Origin: Pecten maximus
Lineage: Eukaryota
Direction of reading: 5' to 3'
Length of the DNA stretch: 64,000 nucleotides
Assembly: GCF_902652985.1 (NCBI RefSeq)
Contig: NC_047026.1
Coordinates: 35,402,001 to 35,466,000, forward strand
The position numbers and the translations under genes are program-made. Each line of letters opens with the position of its first letter. Within the stretch, counting starts at the first letter, position 1. The notes beneath the pieces are model-generated. The model ran no database searches and was not told where the DNA came from. It worked only from the letters and a program-made list of their open reading frames with translations. This document shows positions 25,970-39,900 of the stretch, piece after piece.

Positions 25970-27140
25970 CAATAGTAAATGATCGGAACGCTAGGGATAA
26001 ATGTTAGGAACGCTAGGGATTAATGTTAGGAACGCTAGGGATTAATGTTAGGAACGCTAGTGATTAATGTTAGGAACGCTAGTGATTAATGTTAGAACTC
26101 TACCTAGTGATTAATGATAGAACGCTAGTGATTAATGTTAGGAACTCTACCTAGTGATAAATGTTAGAACTCTACCTAGTGATTAATGTTAGGAACTCTA
26201 CCTAGTGATTAATGTTAGGAACTCTACCTAGTGATTAATGTTAGGAACTCTACCTAGTGATTAATGTTAGGAACTCTACCTAGTGATTAATGTTAGGAAT
26301 ACTAGTGATTAATGTTAGGAACTCTACCTAGTGATTAATGTTAGGAACTCTACCTAGTGATTAATGTTAGGAACTCTACCTAGTGATTAATGTTAGAACT
26401 CTACCTAGTGATTAATGTTTAGAACTCTACCTAGTGATTAATGTTAGAACTCTACCTAGTGATTAATGTTAGGAAATCTACCTAGTGATTAATGATAGGA
26501 ACTCTACCTAGTGATTAATGTTAGAACTATACCTAGTGATTAATGTTAGGAACTCTACCTAGTGATTAATGTTAGGAACTCTACCTAGTGATTAATGTTA
26601 GGAACTCTACCTAGTGATTAATGTTAGGAACTCTACCTAGTGATTGATGATTGGAACTCTACCTAGTGATTAATGTTAAGAATACTAGTGATTAATGTTA
26701 GAACTCTACCTAGTGATTAATGTTAGAACTCTACCTAGTGATTAATGTTAGAACTCTACCTAGTGATTAATGTTAGGAACTCTACCTAGTGATTAATGTT
26801 AGGAACTCTACCTAGTGATTAATGTTAGAACTCCACCTAGTGATTAATGTAAGGAACGCTAGTGATTAATGTTAGGAATACTGGTGATTAATGTTAGGAA
26901 CTCTACCTAGTGATTAATGTTAGGAACGCTAGTGATTAATGTTAGGAACGCTAGTGATTAATGTTAGGAATACTGGTGATTAATGTTAGAACTCTACCTA
27001 GTGATTAATGTTAGGAACTCTACCTAGTGATTAATGTTAGGAACTCTACCTAGTGATTAATGTTAGGAACTCTACCTAGTGATTAATGTTAGGAACGCTA
27101 GTGATTAATGTTAGGAACGCTAGTGATTGATCGGAACGCA
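25970..27140. repeat. 22/26-bp minisatellite (CTAGTGATTAATGTTAGGAAC[G|TCTAC])n
   Basis: Same core as 6652-7555; central copies carry a CTCTAC variant, edge copies are the 22-mer. Confidence 0.96.
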
Positions 27141-28674
27141 AACAAACTATGTGGTTTTCACAGTAATATTAGTGCCCACTCGAAATGGGGTGCCCTATAT
27201 ATCTGATGCTGTTCCACTGTGATGTGAGGGGGATGGGGTGGGCGATGATAAATGGGGTTCATAATGTGTAAGGGTCGCTTTTATTCAATTTGGGTGAGCA
27301 TCGTTCAAGGTTAAAAGTTCAAAAGTTACACTTAAACAATTAAAACATTTTGTGTACATGAAACCTGATACACTCCTCAATCTATTTAGTTCACAACAGA
27401 TTCCTAATATAAAACCTATACATTGGACCAAAAAGTAGTAATTCAATGTTGCACTCGGGTAAGTTAAGGATAACAGACACATCACGGGGTCCTCTCTGAT
27501 TTATTCAATAAGGGTTATTTAAAACTACAGACACAGTTAACTTTATCATTGACAGAAACTTACTGGCTGGTGTGTTCTGTAATATAAAATGGAAGTCTGC
27601 ATACTGGTTCTAAATTCCTCTTTTAGGATATTCAATATACAGTGTACATTAGTGATTGAATTATTGGGTTAAAACAATTCATTCTATATTTTAACATTTT
27701 TTTCAATTAAGACAATATTCAAATTAATTCCTACTTGATCATAAATTATTAAGAGTATGCTTGTTTATGGCTAAATGAACCCATATTTACATGTGTAGGT
27801 CGTCCTCATTGTTTCATTGCAAAATAATCCAAAATACTATATAGTAGTTTTATATAAGCATGCTTTATTCCCGCGTGAAATAATGAGATACCAATTGTGT
27901 CGATGAACACAACGTATTCAGTAAAACCAAAAATACTATCGAAGAGGACTGCGTCATATCATAATGTAATGTCTACCGGTAAATCCGCACAGTTATAACA
28001 CAGTTAAGGGAAAAAGTCGTTGAGGAGAAATAAAATTTGGTTTTGATTTCATGGAGCGTTTTCGTTTCAAGGCTATAAATTCTTGTGGTTATACATGTAT
28101 ACATATTATGGGTGTGCATACTGCTACCTGAACATATGATATCAAACACCTATAGATAATCGATAAACTGCTCGTTTTAAATCCAATTTAACGCCAATTG
28201 CCTCTTTAAAATGGACACAAAGACTTGATTATGCGTCCAGCAATTTGCATTCGGCGGTATATCACCTAACGTCAGCAATAAAGCTTCTGCTCTTCTCAGC
28301 ACAGAATATAGGCCTAAGCCGTTTGTCACATTTAAAATATTTGATCTAATAAACAGCCTCGATCACATTACATGTACTTCCTGGTGCAATATCAAAATAA
28401 TAACTTTAATATAGGTTCGTATCTGATGAGATTAAATTCGCACCATGCCCTTCAAACATGACCAGGTAATTATACAATTCACAATAACCGTAACACAAAG
28501 CAGTTTACATAACTGTTTTACATCCACCAAAATGTTTTGTTTTTTATGTGTTTAATAACCACCCCTATGCAGCATAAGAAACAAAATAACAAAATTGATT
28601 TAAGAATGTTTTTTATAGTCAAAAAAGACATAAATTTTATGTACATAACAGTTGTTTTGATTTTACGTGAAATA

Positions 28675-31600
28675 TTACATCTTGATTACATTTAGCGTTG
28701 TTAAGGCATCATCATAATCAACATGCGTTGGTTTTTGGAATACTCTGCCGATATATGGCGTTGCGTTTACAGCAAGAACTATAGGGATAAGCAAATTGCA
28801 ACCAAATACGAAAATCTCAGCTACCTCATCATTGTAAACTGAATAATAGATGTATATAAAAGGTCTGAAAACTAACATTATTAGGGTGTAAAACAAGAAG
28901 GAATCCCTCAGTAGTCCATTGGCGCCACAACAAACAGCACAATGAGAGCCGTCATTTGTCAAACAATGCTTGAATATCGTACATTCCAATTGAGATTCCG
29001 GCTGTCCTAAAATTAAAAAAGAAAGTAATTGTTAATTCAATATGATTGAAATCGATACAAATGACAGTGATATCATTTACCGGAACCTATTTATTTTAAC
29101 AGTGATTTTTATTGGGATTTTTGCACTGAATTTTTAGGCTTAATTATAAATGCGCTAATAGTTTCATCATATCATATTTAACACATAAGCTGAACACATG
29201 TATGGAGTATATGAAGTACTTATATAGAGTCTATGAAGTAAATATATAGAGTCTATGTAGTACACATATATAGTCTATGTAGTACACTTATATAGAGTCT
29301 ATGTGGTACTATATAAAGTCTATGTAGAACATATATATAGTCTATAAAGTACATATATTGAGTCTATGTAGTATAGAGTCTATGAAGTACATATAGAGTC
29401 TATGAAGTACATATATAGAGTCTATGAAGTACATATATAGAGTCCATGTAGTACACATATAGAGTCTATGTAGTACATATATAGAGTCCATGTAGTACAC
29501 ATATAGAGTCTATGTAGTACATATATAGAGTCTATGAAGTATATATATAGAGAGTCTATGAAGTACATATATAGAGTCTATGTAGTACATACATGTGTAT
29601 ATAGAGTCTATGTAGTACATATATAGAGTCCATGTAGTACACATATAGAGTCTATGTAGTACATATATAGAGTCTATGTAGTATATATATAGAGTCCATG
29701 TAGTACACATATAGAGTCTATGTAGTACATATATAGAGTCTATGTAGTACATATATAGAGTCTATGTAGTACATATATATAGAGTCTATGTAGTACATAT
29801 ATAGAGTCTATGTAGTACATATATAGAGTCTATGTAGTACATATATAGAGTCTATGTAGTACATATATAGAGTCTATGTAGTACATATATAGAGTCTATG
29901 TAGTACATATATAGAGTCTATGTAGTACATATATAGAGTCTATGAAGTACATATATAGAGTCTATGAAGTACATATATAGAGTCTATGTAGTACATATAT
30001 AGAGTCTATGTAGTACATATATATAGAGTCTATGTAGTACATATATATAGAGTCTATGTAGTACATATATATTATGAGTCATAGACTGAAGTAATATTAT
30101 AGAGTCTATGTAGTACATATATAGAGTCTATGAAGTATATATATAGAGTCTATGAAGTACATATATAGAGCCTATGAAGTACATACATGTATATAGAGTC
30201 TATGTAGTATATATATAGAGTCTATGTAGTACATATATATAGTCTATGTAGTACATATATAGAGTCTATGAAGTATATATATAGAGTCTATGTAGTACAT
30301 ATATATAGTATATGAAGTACATATATAGAGTCTATGAAGTACATATATAGAGTCTATGTTTCAATCGTATAATGATCTAAAATCTCATGATGCTTTGTAT
30401 ATAAATAGTATGTAAGAGACATAACTCCGTGTAAAACATAATGGACACAATATGTCTGACATAAAACAATACCACTAAGTCACATAGGAAATACAGAGAA
30501 ACTGATGAGACCATAAAGCAGGTAGATATTACATCCATCGTCTGATTATCTGTATGTCAAACTGAAGGTTATAACAGTTTATACATGTACAACTGTATGT
30601 ATGTATAAATGACATACAAAGTCTAGTAAAATTATCCTCGTGGACGAAACCATTCATTGTATAGTGTATACACATACAAAATGTATGCGTAACATTTGGT
30701 TTGACGCAGTTCTAATATCAATATTCCTTATTTAATGTTGCTGTAAAATAGTACATAAAACACATGAGTGTGCAAGAATATACACGAGTCAATTTTGAGT
30801 AAGCCTAGGGCTACATACATAGAAGGCAGTGGCAACCTAGTATAACGGGGTAGTTTCTGTTCAATTTAAACCAAATTATTAAATCTCGAAATGACACGTG
30901 ACTTTAACCCCTCTCTGAGGTCTCTTTAATATGCTTGGTGTGTAAATGGATGTGTATATGCGATGTAGAGGTTTCACTATTCACTATTTTACGTCACTAT
31001 GAAATATCATTTATTTTATAAAATTATGTAGTTGTGGTTTACTTGTACGATTGGCAATTTTAAACAAAATAATTTCTGGTTGAAATTTGTCGTTCCCTAT
31101 GTTTCCATGTAGGGACAGATCAATTGCTTTCATATTTCGTGTTTTAAGTTGCACGTGCGATCATGCAAATTGACAAAAAAGAAAAGAAAAAAGAAAAGAA
31201 AGACGTTTATAATATTTGATAATAGTAATCTCAAGAATATATTCATTTAAAACTTTCAAACAGGAAAAGCGTCACTCGGAGCAGAAAGGGAAAGTAAGAT
31301 GAGTTGTCGTCCGTTTGTAATTAATGATAGGTCAAACCATCTATTGTGACGAAGGTATTTAGTGTTTTTTACTGTTCGTCTGATCTTAAATCGGTTCAGA
31401 AACAGTAAGAGGCGGATTTACAGTACAAATCTTAAAAATGTTAACTGTTTTGCTGTAACTGAAACGAGGCCAGGCAATATCTGCCAAATACAAATCCTGG
31501 CCTTAGATCAATTAAAATGCATATTGCTGCAAACATGAAATTATTGTGAGTCGTTCCTTCTCCTGCAAAAATCACCCTTATTAGGCGTTGTCTAAAAGCG

Positions 31601-33161
31601 AACACACAAATGTAAACATAACTACATGAACAATCTTGAGTGGCTTTCTGTTAATCAAGTTTGAGCAGCCATGCGTATTAATGTGTATATGAAAGCTTTT
31701 TTTACATATAAAATTGATATGTTCTGATCAATTTCCTATTTTCCTGGTGTTTTTCGATTTCCTAAATGATTTGGTTACACTCGGATGATTTTAGATACAA
31801 TACAAAATTTGCTGATAAAAATATTTACAGACAGAGATCCAGTTAAATGTGCTGCTCTAGCTCTGTTCCCCATTTATTAACAAGACTGCTTTTAATATGT
31901 TACACTAACTTGTGTCCGATCTCTTTGTGTCATTACTTGACAAAAATATGCTTAAACTACAACTATTAATAAGCAATTACCTTGTGCGCCGGTAGCATTT
32001 CACCACTCGTAAGGAAGTATCATTTTCCCAAGAAAAATAAAGTGCTGTAATCGTACATATCTTAGCGGTAATCATATTTTAGCGATTTTCGATCTTGAAG
32101 CCATCAGCTAAATTGTAATTGAGCTTATAACATGATCTCTGTGTGCTTATCCTACAGAAAATAAGATAATGCGCTTATTCTTCATTACGCTAATTGGTTA
32201 AAACTTAGGAATGCGCGAAAAGATGAGTGCGCCAAAAATAATACGTTAACAGTAATTTTATAACATTTCCCATGAAATATGAAGTGTATGTCTACACCAC
32301 AATATGTATGAATAGCTCCACTTAGTATTAAACTGTAGATAATCAATAAGGGATAGGTCTTGTCAGTAAAAGTTGAAGTCAAATACAATATAAGTATTAT
32401 ATAATAATTGTCTGTTTCCAATTTTATTGAGTCGTTTACGTTTCATAATATAAGGTATTCCCATCATGTGCTGCATATGCATTCATTTTTGAGAAAAACT
32501 CGGTACACTCACCGTTTGGCTGGTTTCTTGGTATCAATAACATATATAACGCAGGTCCGTAGATGAACAAGGTCTCCACTAGAACCGGAAGGACATGAAC
32601 ACGGGCAGCATGCGGACAGGTCGGTAGTGAAACGGTGCTGAGGGATCTCACGAAAGTGGAGAGTGTTACATCACGGCCGGGGGTCCAATAAATCCATCCC
32701 ATAACACAGGTAATGACAGAAAAGTATAAAATAGCACTGAAAAGCACCCTTCTTTGTTTATTATTGGGAAGGCTGTTCACTGATTTCTGATGAAGTAAAG
32801 CGATAAAAATTATCACTGATAAGACAACTGATGATAACCGAAAGTCTCCACAACACTTCATATATTCTGAATTTTTCTCCAGACCGTGTTGGTATATATA
32901 ATTAAAAAGGAAGGTATTGTTGACGTAACGTTCATCCACACGATATCTGCACCCGGTAATACCCTTATATAGAGCAATAACCAATAGGCTTTGAATAAAC
33001 AGTCCCACTGCTGATATCGTAATAATTGTACGTAAATTCTTACACCTGGCCAGTAATGCTAAAATCATAAATATTATCTGTATCACAAACACAGCTAGAA
33101 CAACAACCGCAACAACTGCGACAAGTAGTACACAACACACATCCGTCCAGGTGGCAGCCAT
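28675..33161 (-). CDS. Divergent 7-transmembrane GPCR-like orphan protein, 2 coding exons (~326 aa; 336 aa if the ATG at 33191 is used)
   Basis: Exon 1 33161-32513 ends AACG|GTGAGT (phase 1); exon 2 29006-28675 follows TTTTTTAATTTTAG and joins in frame with ORF 28675-28989. Seven hydrophobic segments; Cys before TM3 (KCCGD) and in the TM4-TM5 loop (LPTCP); Pro in TM5 and TM6. Confidence 0.75.
29200..30360. repeat. ~22-bp AT-rich minisatellite (ATATATAGAGTCTATGTAGTAC)n in the 7-TM intron
   Basis: About 50 tandem copies with variable (AT)n length. Confidence 0.96.
30733..31170 (+). repeat. ~400-bp dispersed repeat (copy of 8525-8930)
   Basis: Shares the blocks listed for 8525-8930. Confidence 0.85.
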
Positions 33162-33767
33162 GTTTGTTTTTGTCAACTGGTCTGTATACATGTACCTACG
33201 ACTTTAACGGGTATAGATGTAATATATTAGCATACTGAAACGTGACCGTCTGTCATTTCTTTGTTAGTTTCCACTTCCAGGTCTCGCACACAACAGCTGA
33301 ATAAATGTCTTTTCGGTATGCTTTGTTACGCATCATCTACCTCGATTCGAGTTAATAATGTCGATAGTAAGAGAGTAGACAGTAAAGCTTGTTCCTTCCT
33401 GATGTTTATTACACACATGTGTATAGAGGTGTGACTCGTATGTAGTTATGCCGAGTACGACAACACATGTGTCACTGGCTTATCTCCATCATTGCAGCGG
33501 AAGCACAAACTGAGTAAGTAGAACATTTGTAAAAAGAACGGGTCGGCGTGGCTTGTTAAATTCAATTCATTTTTATTTCATTTTGCATCCAAATAGAACA
33601 CATCAAGGATTGTATTGCAAACAATGTAACCGAATAGAGAAACAAACAAATATACTATGAGCGATGTACATGTATATTAGACATTATTGTATACATAGCA
33701 ACACATTGTAAATACGGTCTCTGTCACACAACTGACGGAGCATGGTTATTTGGGTACCTGTAAAGTG

Positions 33768-33890
33768 CGAAACGAAAGCAAAACGAAACGGAACAAAACA
33801 AAAACAAACAAAACGAAAATAAATCAAACACAACGAAACAAAATAAAACGAAACGAAACGAAATCAAAAGAAACGAAAAATGAAACATTG
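33768..33890. repeat. (AAACG/AAAAC)n simple repeat
   Basis: GAAACGAAAGCAAAACGAAACGGAACAAAAC... pentamer run. Confidence 0.8.
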
Positions 33891-34244
33891 AACAAATTGA
33901 AAAAAAAAATTAGACTGTATTTAGGCCTAAGTGTCCTATTCTCATCAGTGTAAAAACAACACACAGGTAAAATAGAGTACATAGCTAGCTGAGGGTCGGT
34001 GTTCTGACCTCTGAAATCAGCTCACTACCCAAAATAGGCCGAGTTGGTGAAAATAGCTGTCAAATTCGTAGCGAGACATTTCGTCTAAATGCACTCTAAT
34101 ACTGTTATTCCTAATGTCTTAGTCATAGTATGAAACATTTGTATAGCAATCAAAACAGCTGACACGCACAGGGATACCAGATGATTTATGTCTACGGAAG
34201 ATTTCGGATATATGTCAACATTGTACAATATTTGGTGTACTACT

Positions 34245-36275
34245 CTTTATTGACTGTAGGCCATACGGCCCATAAGTACATATTATAAACAAAACAATAC
34301 ATGATAATGGCATAGAACAGCAATGCTACAGTAAATACAAAGTGGAGTACGGATTAAAGATATAAAGATCGGATTTTGTTTGCTTCAAATATAAATTTGC
34401 CTAAGCGACTTAATTAATTCTTTGATATTTTGTACACTTAATAACTGTATTAATTTGAACATTGAAGGCTTTTGCCAATAGTATTTCTTAATGAGGCGTC
34501 TTCTTAAATTGGTATACTTATTACATATTAATACAAAATGGTATTCATCTTCTATCTCAGTCTTTGATTAACAAATTAAACAGTGTCTCAAATTTCGATC
34601 AATATTGTTAAAGCGGCCAGTTTCGATTGCTAAGGAATGCGCAGAAATGCGTAGTTTTGATAAACATATTCTGAATTTCATATGTATATATTTAGTTAAA
34701 TAAAACTGAATAGAAAAAATATCCACAATATGTTTATATAAAACACATTTCGAGGACTTTTCTAATGCATCTCTCAAATACTGTTGGGCTTGGTCAAAAA
34801 TTCTTTGTCGTATACAAGGTAAAATAGTTTCAGAGTTATTTGGTGATTGACAGAACCATATTTCGCCGAAACCTAAAGAGCATAATAACTCCTTTACACC
34901 GTGTACCCAATTAAAACATAAACCAGTGTTTTTACTTAATAAAAATCATATGCAGTATTCAAAATACAGTTTTTTATGTCGAGTAGTTTGAACCAATATT
35001 TAATAATTCTATATCTGCGTGTATATTCTAAGGGAAAACGACCAAGTTCCCAGTAAACTGTTACATTATTTGTTGATTTTTTAACCTTAAGTAATTTCTT
35101 ACAAAAAAGAACATGTAAATTTTCAATATCTGGTCCTTTGGTCGAGCCCCACACTTCACAAGCATAAAACAGAATACTACTTACATAAGTATCAAACAAA
35201 CTCACCATGGTTTTACAATTTAAACTCATATTTGAACATTTAGAAAATAAAGCAAACATGGCTTTACGTCCTTGGTCCGCCAATTTTTTTTTTTTTTTTT
35301 TTTTTTGTAAATTCGTGAATTTATTGTTGTATCTAAGGTTTACACCAAGGTAAGAAAATTCGTCAACACTATCAAGTTTTTTCCCGTGGTAAGTCCACGA
35401 TTCATTATTTCGAATTTTACCGCCTTTACGGAAAACCACAACCTTTGTTTTTTCACTATTCACAGTTAATTTCCATTGTGAGCAATACTCGTCCAGGTTA
35501 TCTAGTAGGTTCTGTAGACCTTCGACAGATTCCGAAAACAGGACTAAATCATCAGCATATAACATAAGAAATAAACTTAACTCTTCAAAATCATATTTGC
35601 TGTTGCATTTAGAGATGAAAAAAACTCAAAATCATTAACGTACATAGAGAAAAGTATTGGAGACAAAATTTCGCCTTGTAATAAACCGATATTGTTTTCA
35701 AAAAATTCAGATAAGTATCCTTTGAATTTTACACAGGATTTAACATTACTATAAATTGATTTAATAACATGTAGAAGCTTGCCTCTGACTCCTAATTTTG
35801 ACAGTTTATACCACAGGTTTATTCTGTCTACACTATCAAACGCTTTACGAAAATCAACAAAACAACAATACAAGCGTTTATTTTCACTAAAAGTTTTTGT
35901 TATAATTGAATGTAGAGCAAAAATCGCATCTACCGTACTGAGACCACTGCGAAATCCAAACTGAGCATCCATGATAACATCATACGATTCAGACCACTTC
36001 AGAAGTCTCGTATTTAAAATAGACGTGAACAATTTACCAAGACAACTCAACAGGCTAATGCCTCTAAAATTATTAGGGTTTGTTTTTACATCTTTTTTAT
36101 AAACCGGAGTTATAATAGCGACGGACCAGTCAGTAGGGAAGCATCCGGAGTCCAAAATGTTATTAGATAATGTACATCAGGCAGGCAGTAATAATTTTTT
36201 ACCAACTAAAAAACATTCATTCAAAATTCCATCAACTCCATGTGATTTTCCCCGATTCAAACGAATATCTAAGGT
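34245..36275 (-). mobile_element. 5'-truncated, inactivated LINE (RT plus C-terminal Cys/His domain), same group as 54437-59851
   Basis: ORFs 35577-36155 (RLYCCFVDFRKAFD, GLLQGEILSP), 34936-35565 (LYADD) and 34568-34777 (LRISAHSLAIETGR..CLIC) separated by frameshift and stops; poly-A run at ~35285-35306; 3' hairpin GGCC-GTAT-GGCC followed by AATAAA. Confidence 0.92.
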
Positions 36276-36290
36276 GAACACACTTGTAAC

Positions 36291-36925
36291 CGGGTGTTCG
36301 ATGGCAGAGTGGTAACGCACTTGCCTTCCACCTCGGCGGCCGGGGTTCGATTTTTCGATCGGACGTGAAAAGGGCACCTACCCGGTCACGTGGAGTTTCC
36401 TCCTTTTACTCTTCTTTCTGAACAACTTTCTTAATGTCTCCATTGACAATGCCTCACTTTTGGTCTTCAGTTGAGCGTTCGCCCCTGTAAGGAAGGCTTT
36501 GGGTTCTGTCCCCTGGCCGAGACATACCAGAGTCATTAAAATGGTAGTTGCTACTCCTGCCTAGCGCTCAGCATTTTGGGAGTGGGACGACTGGTTGGCC
36601 CTTTGTCATTATAATGTGACCAGGTGGGGTGTCCTGCTGGGCGTCTTCGGCAGTATGCCTCAGTGAGGTAGCACTATAAATTGGCAAAATTTTCGACCTA
36701 TCACAAGGAGACTTAACACGTAAATACCACAGCCTCCCACAACACACATACGCACTCACCACACGCATGCATATCGCAATCACGGGAGGCCGTCCTTAAA
36801 TGACCTTAGCTGTTAAAAGGACGTTAAACAAACTAAACCAAACCAAACCTCACACACAGTAAGACACCCTTGCGGGCTTCTATCCAGGCCAACAAGAGTG
36901 ATTGATATAAGTCGATATAACTTTT
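36291..36925 (+). mobile_element. tRNA-derived V-like SINE interrupted by a Meta-type SINE
   Basis: Head GATGGCAGAGTGGTAAC...GGGGTTCGATT and GTTTCCTCC at ~36405; resumes with CACAGTAAGACACCC at ~36855, as in the uninterrupted copy at 22965-23127. Confidence 0.7.
36458..36847 (+). mobile_element. Near full-length Meta-type tRNA-SINE
   Basis: tRNA-like head; central CATACCAGAGTCATTAAAATGGTAGTTGCTACTCCTGCCTAGCGCTCAGCATT..GGGAGTGGGACGACTGGTTGGCCC..GTCA..ATAATGTGAC; tail CCTTAAATGACCTTAGCTGTTAAAAGGACGTTAAAC with AAACC repeats; possible TSD CCTCAC. Confidence 0.85.
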
Positions 36926-39900
36926 TTCACAATTGTTGTAAAAAAGTAAATAAATAAATTTACCTACTTGAGCTAGTTTTTGGTGGTCAATACCAGAATA
37001 AACATCTAATCATCAAAGAAACCTACAACACATACTTCCTGACCATACATCAATGACAGTCACAAACGGAAAATTATAATGCGAGAATCAAAAGCGACAT
37101 ATGTCATATTTATTTACGGATTGTGACCACATTATCGATGAATATACAAAGACTCAGCCTTACCAGGGCTGATATCATGCGTATCCACAATAAGAGCGAG
37201 TCGAATGAGACATGCTCACCATATGATGGCTTGGTGGAGTATGAAATGGGAACAGGGAAGGAATGATACCTGCAGGACGGAAAGCCCATGCAACGTCCTC
37301 ATTAAATCAAGCCACGATGACGTTTAGATACTTTTGTTACATTGGTGGGTTTCTTTTTCACATGTCGCTCTTCGCATGGCATACTAGAAGAGCAACAGTA
37401 TGCCAAAGGAAGAGCCGCAGTATTTATGCGCAAATCGAAGTTTAGCTGTGCACTATGCGAAGAGCGACAATGCGCCTAGGAAAGAGTAGTTCTGCCTTCT
37501 ATAACTACATTCGTTTCAATATCTCTGACGACTTAAACTATCTGATTGATTTGGCAGACTGTAACTATTTATTTTTCTTCTGTGCCGATTTTTGGCCTGG
37601 ATATTTATAATAGCCTTTTTGCGACCTTGTCCACGACTTTGATCTTGACCCTGACCTTGTCCATGACCTTTCTTACGAGGTCTATGACTATCAAGATTTT
37701 CGAAGATTTTATCAAACTTGGAATCCATTTGGGATACAATCTTCTCGAAGTTTTAATTTCGTATCAAAATCCCCTCTAGTATTACGTACTTGTACAACTC
37801 GTTCTGTTGTGATAATTCACCGTGGGAACATATGGATTTATCGATTAAGTCTATAATATGCCGTGAACAGCAAATGGAGTCTACGGTCAAACTGACCCAA
37901 CGTGAAACCTGTACGTAGCAACTTGGAAGTGTAGACTACGCTGATGACGGTCACGCTCTACAGCAGTTCATCTCTGAGACAATATGTCTTCTGATATCTC
38001 AATGATCTTACTAAGGGAAGTCAACTCGTCTCATGCATTCATAACACTCCAAAACATGTATTGTAATCAACAAGAACAAATTAAACTGAGCGGAGCGTTG
38101 ACCCATGTCAGCAACAATTGAGCCTACGAACGAAGCATATCGCCGTAACTTGGATAGCGTCCCCAAACCGCCGGCCCACAACTCGTTCGAAATCTATGTA
38201 TCTGCAGAGCAGGGGAAACTGGCGGGGCGACCTAGGAATGCAGACCATCCGACAGCATTTCCCAGCAGGAGAGCTTCTCCCCAATTCACTATACATTGTA
38301 GGACCACTATCACTGGTGCTGCCTCCAGCATCAGCGGGCTCCAACACAACACACTTCGCCGAGAGACGAACATCATCCCCAATGCGCCTGACAAGACCGT
38401 GGCCATCGTGGGACACACAACCCTAAGGTAAAGCATGGTTAACGACGCATTCAACCGTCCCAAAACTATCTAGGGTCAGCAACAACCATGGACCACCTGG
38501 ATAGGGACTGCTGGTGGAGCCTCAAGGACGCCAGCCGGCATGCGGGGCAGTCTATGAGGAATGAGCATCCCTACGCAAGAGGGCGCCGCAGAGAACTGAC
38601 CTTCGTTTGAAGCTTAACCTCGGACTGCTGTCTGATAATGACTCATAAACAATAACGACTACGGGACAACATTATCTTTACGCAATCATTCAGTGAATGT
38701 TCCCTCACAATAGACTGAAACAACCTGTAATTAGCCTGGAAGACCCGTGCCTCAACACAGACCAACAGGCAAATCACAAAGCTACAGCTGCTGTAGCGAG
38801 ACCTACTACCCCCAACATCAAAACGTATAGAAGTTTCCCCTTCCAATTGTTTATTAAAATAACTTGCTCCTGACAGTTTGTCATGACTTTATTAGTTGTT
38901 ATAAGGGAACAAGGGCCACCCACCAAACAAGATAGGATTAATATCTACTCCAGAATCATCTTGGGATTACATACATATCATGATCATTTGTTTCCAATCC
39001 CAGAACTGGCAACGGAAATGTTGCTTGTCCATATAAGTCTTAAATGTCTGGCGCACAATTGCCTTCAATACCTCCCAATGACCACTCTAACAATCCGTTG
39101 TCCCTCAATCACTTAATTGGCCAAGGGATTGAGAACACGGATTGGGTGCGTTGAATGCGTCAACATCCAATCCCCTCATGCATAAAGGCAGCATAAAGCA
39201 GCGTGTTGACAGCTATCACATGGACCTCCTCACAGAAGGAACTTGTCACCATTGCCTCCTCCGACATAAATTCCCATCAAAGGTCCTCTCACAACAGGAT
39301 TACCCCTCTATGCCCCCTTGGAACCTGGAGCCAAATCGGGGGCTTCTTTAGAATAGGGACCCCACCCAGGATTCCATCACAACAGGAAGCCCCTATCAAA
39401 GGCCTCGTCACTCCTGGTTCCCAAACCAAGGACTTCTGTTGTATCGACATCCACACCCAGTGTTTCTTCCCCACATAAAAACTCCAACCTGGGCTTCCCA
39501 ACATGAACCCCCGGGGCATCATCATATGCGAAGCCCCTCTCCGGTGCCACTTTCGGGCTCCTTCGGGAGCCTTTTTAAAACAGATATCGCCTTCTTTGTC
39601 TTTATTCTGAAATATGGTCCTCTCTGGGGCCTCTTTACAACAGAAACTCTCCTCTGGGGTCTCCTCAAAATATCGAGCCCCTTCGGAATCTTTATCATGA
39701 TGGAAAGCTTCCCCCGAACAATCCAAACTACAGGGCATTTGCCGAGGATTCTTCTGAGTAACAGAATCATTTGATGTAGGAGAGATACGCAGAAAGTTTA
39801 AGTCATCACGTGCATTCCTTTAATTTCGACTCTAATACCAGAAAAGGCATCCTTCATACGCTTAATGTTACCAAACGTACGAAGCATATTTGTATTAGAG

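Noticed and set aside
38105-39774. Cluster of overlapping 70-150-aa ORFs
   Set aside because: Expected from locally higher GC; no domains or consistent splice pattern.
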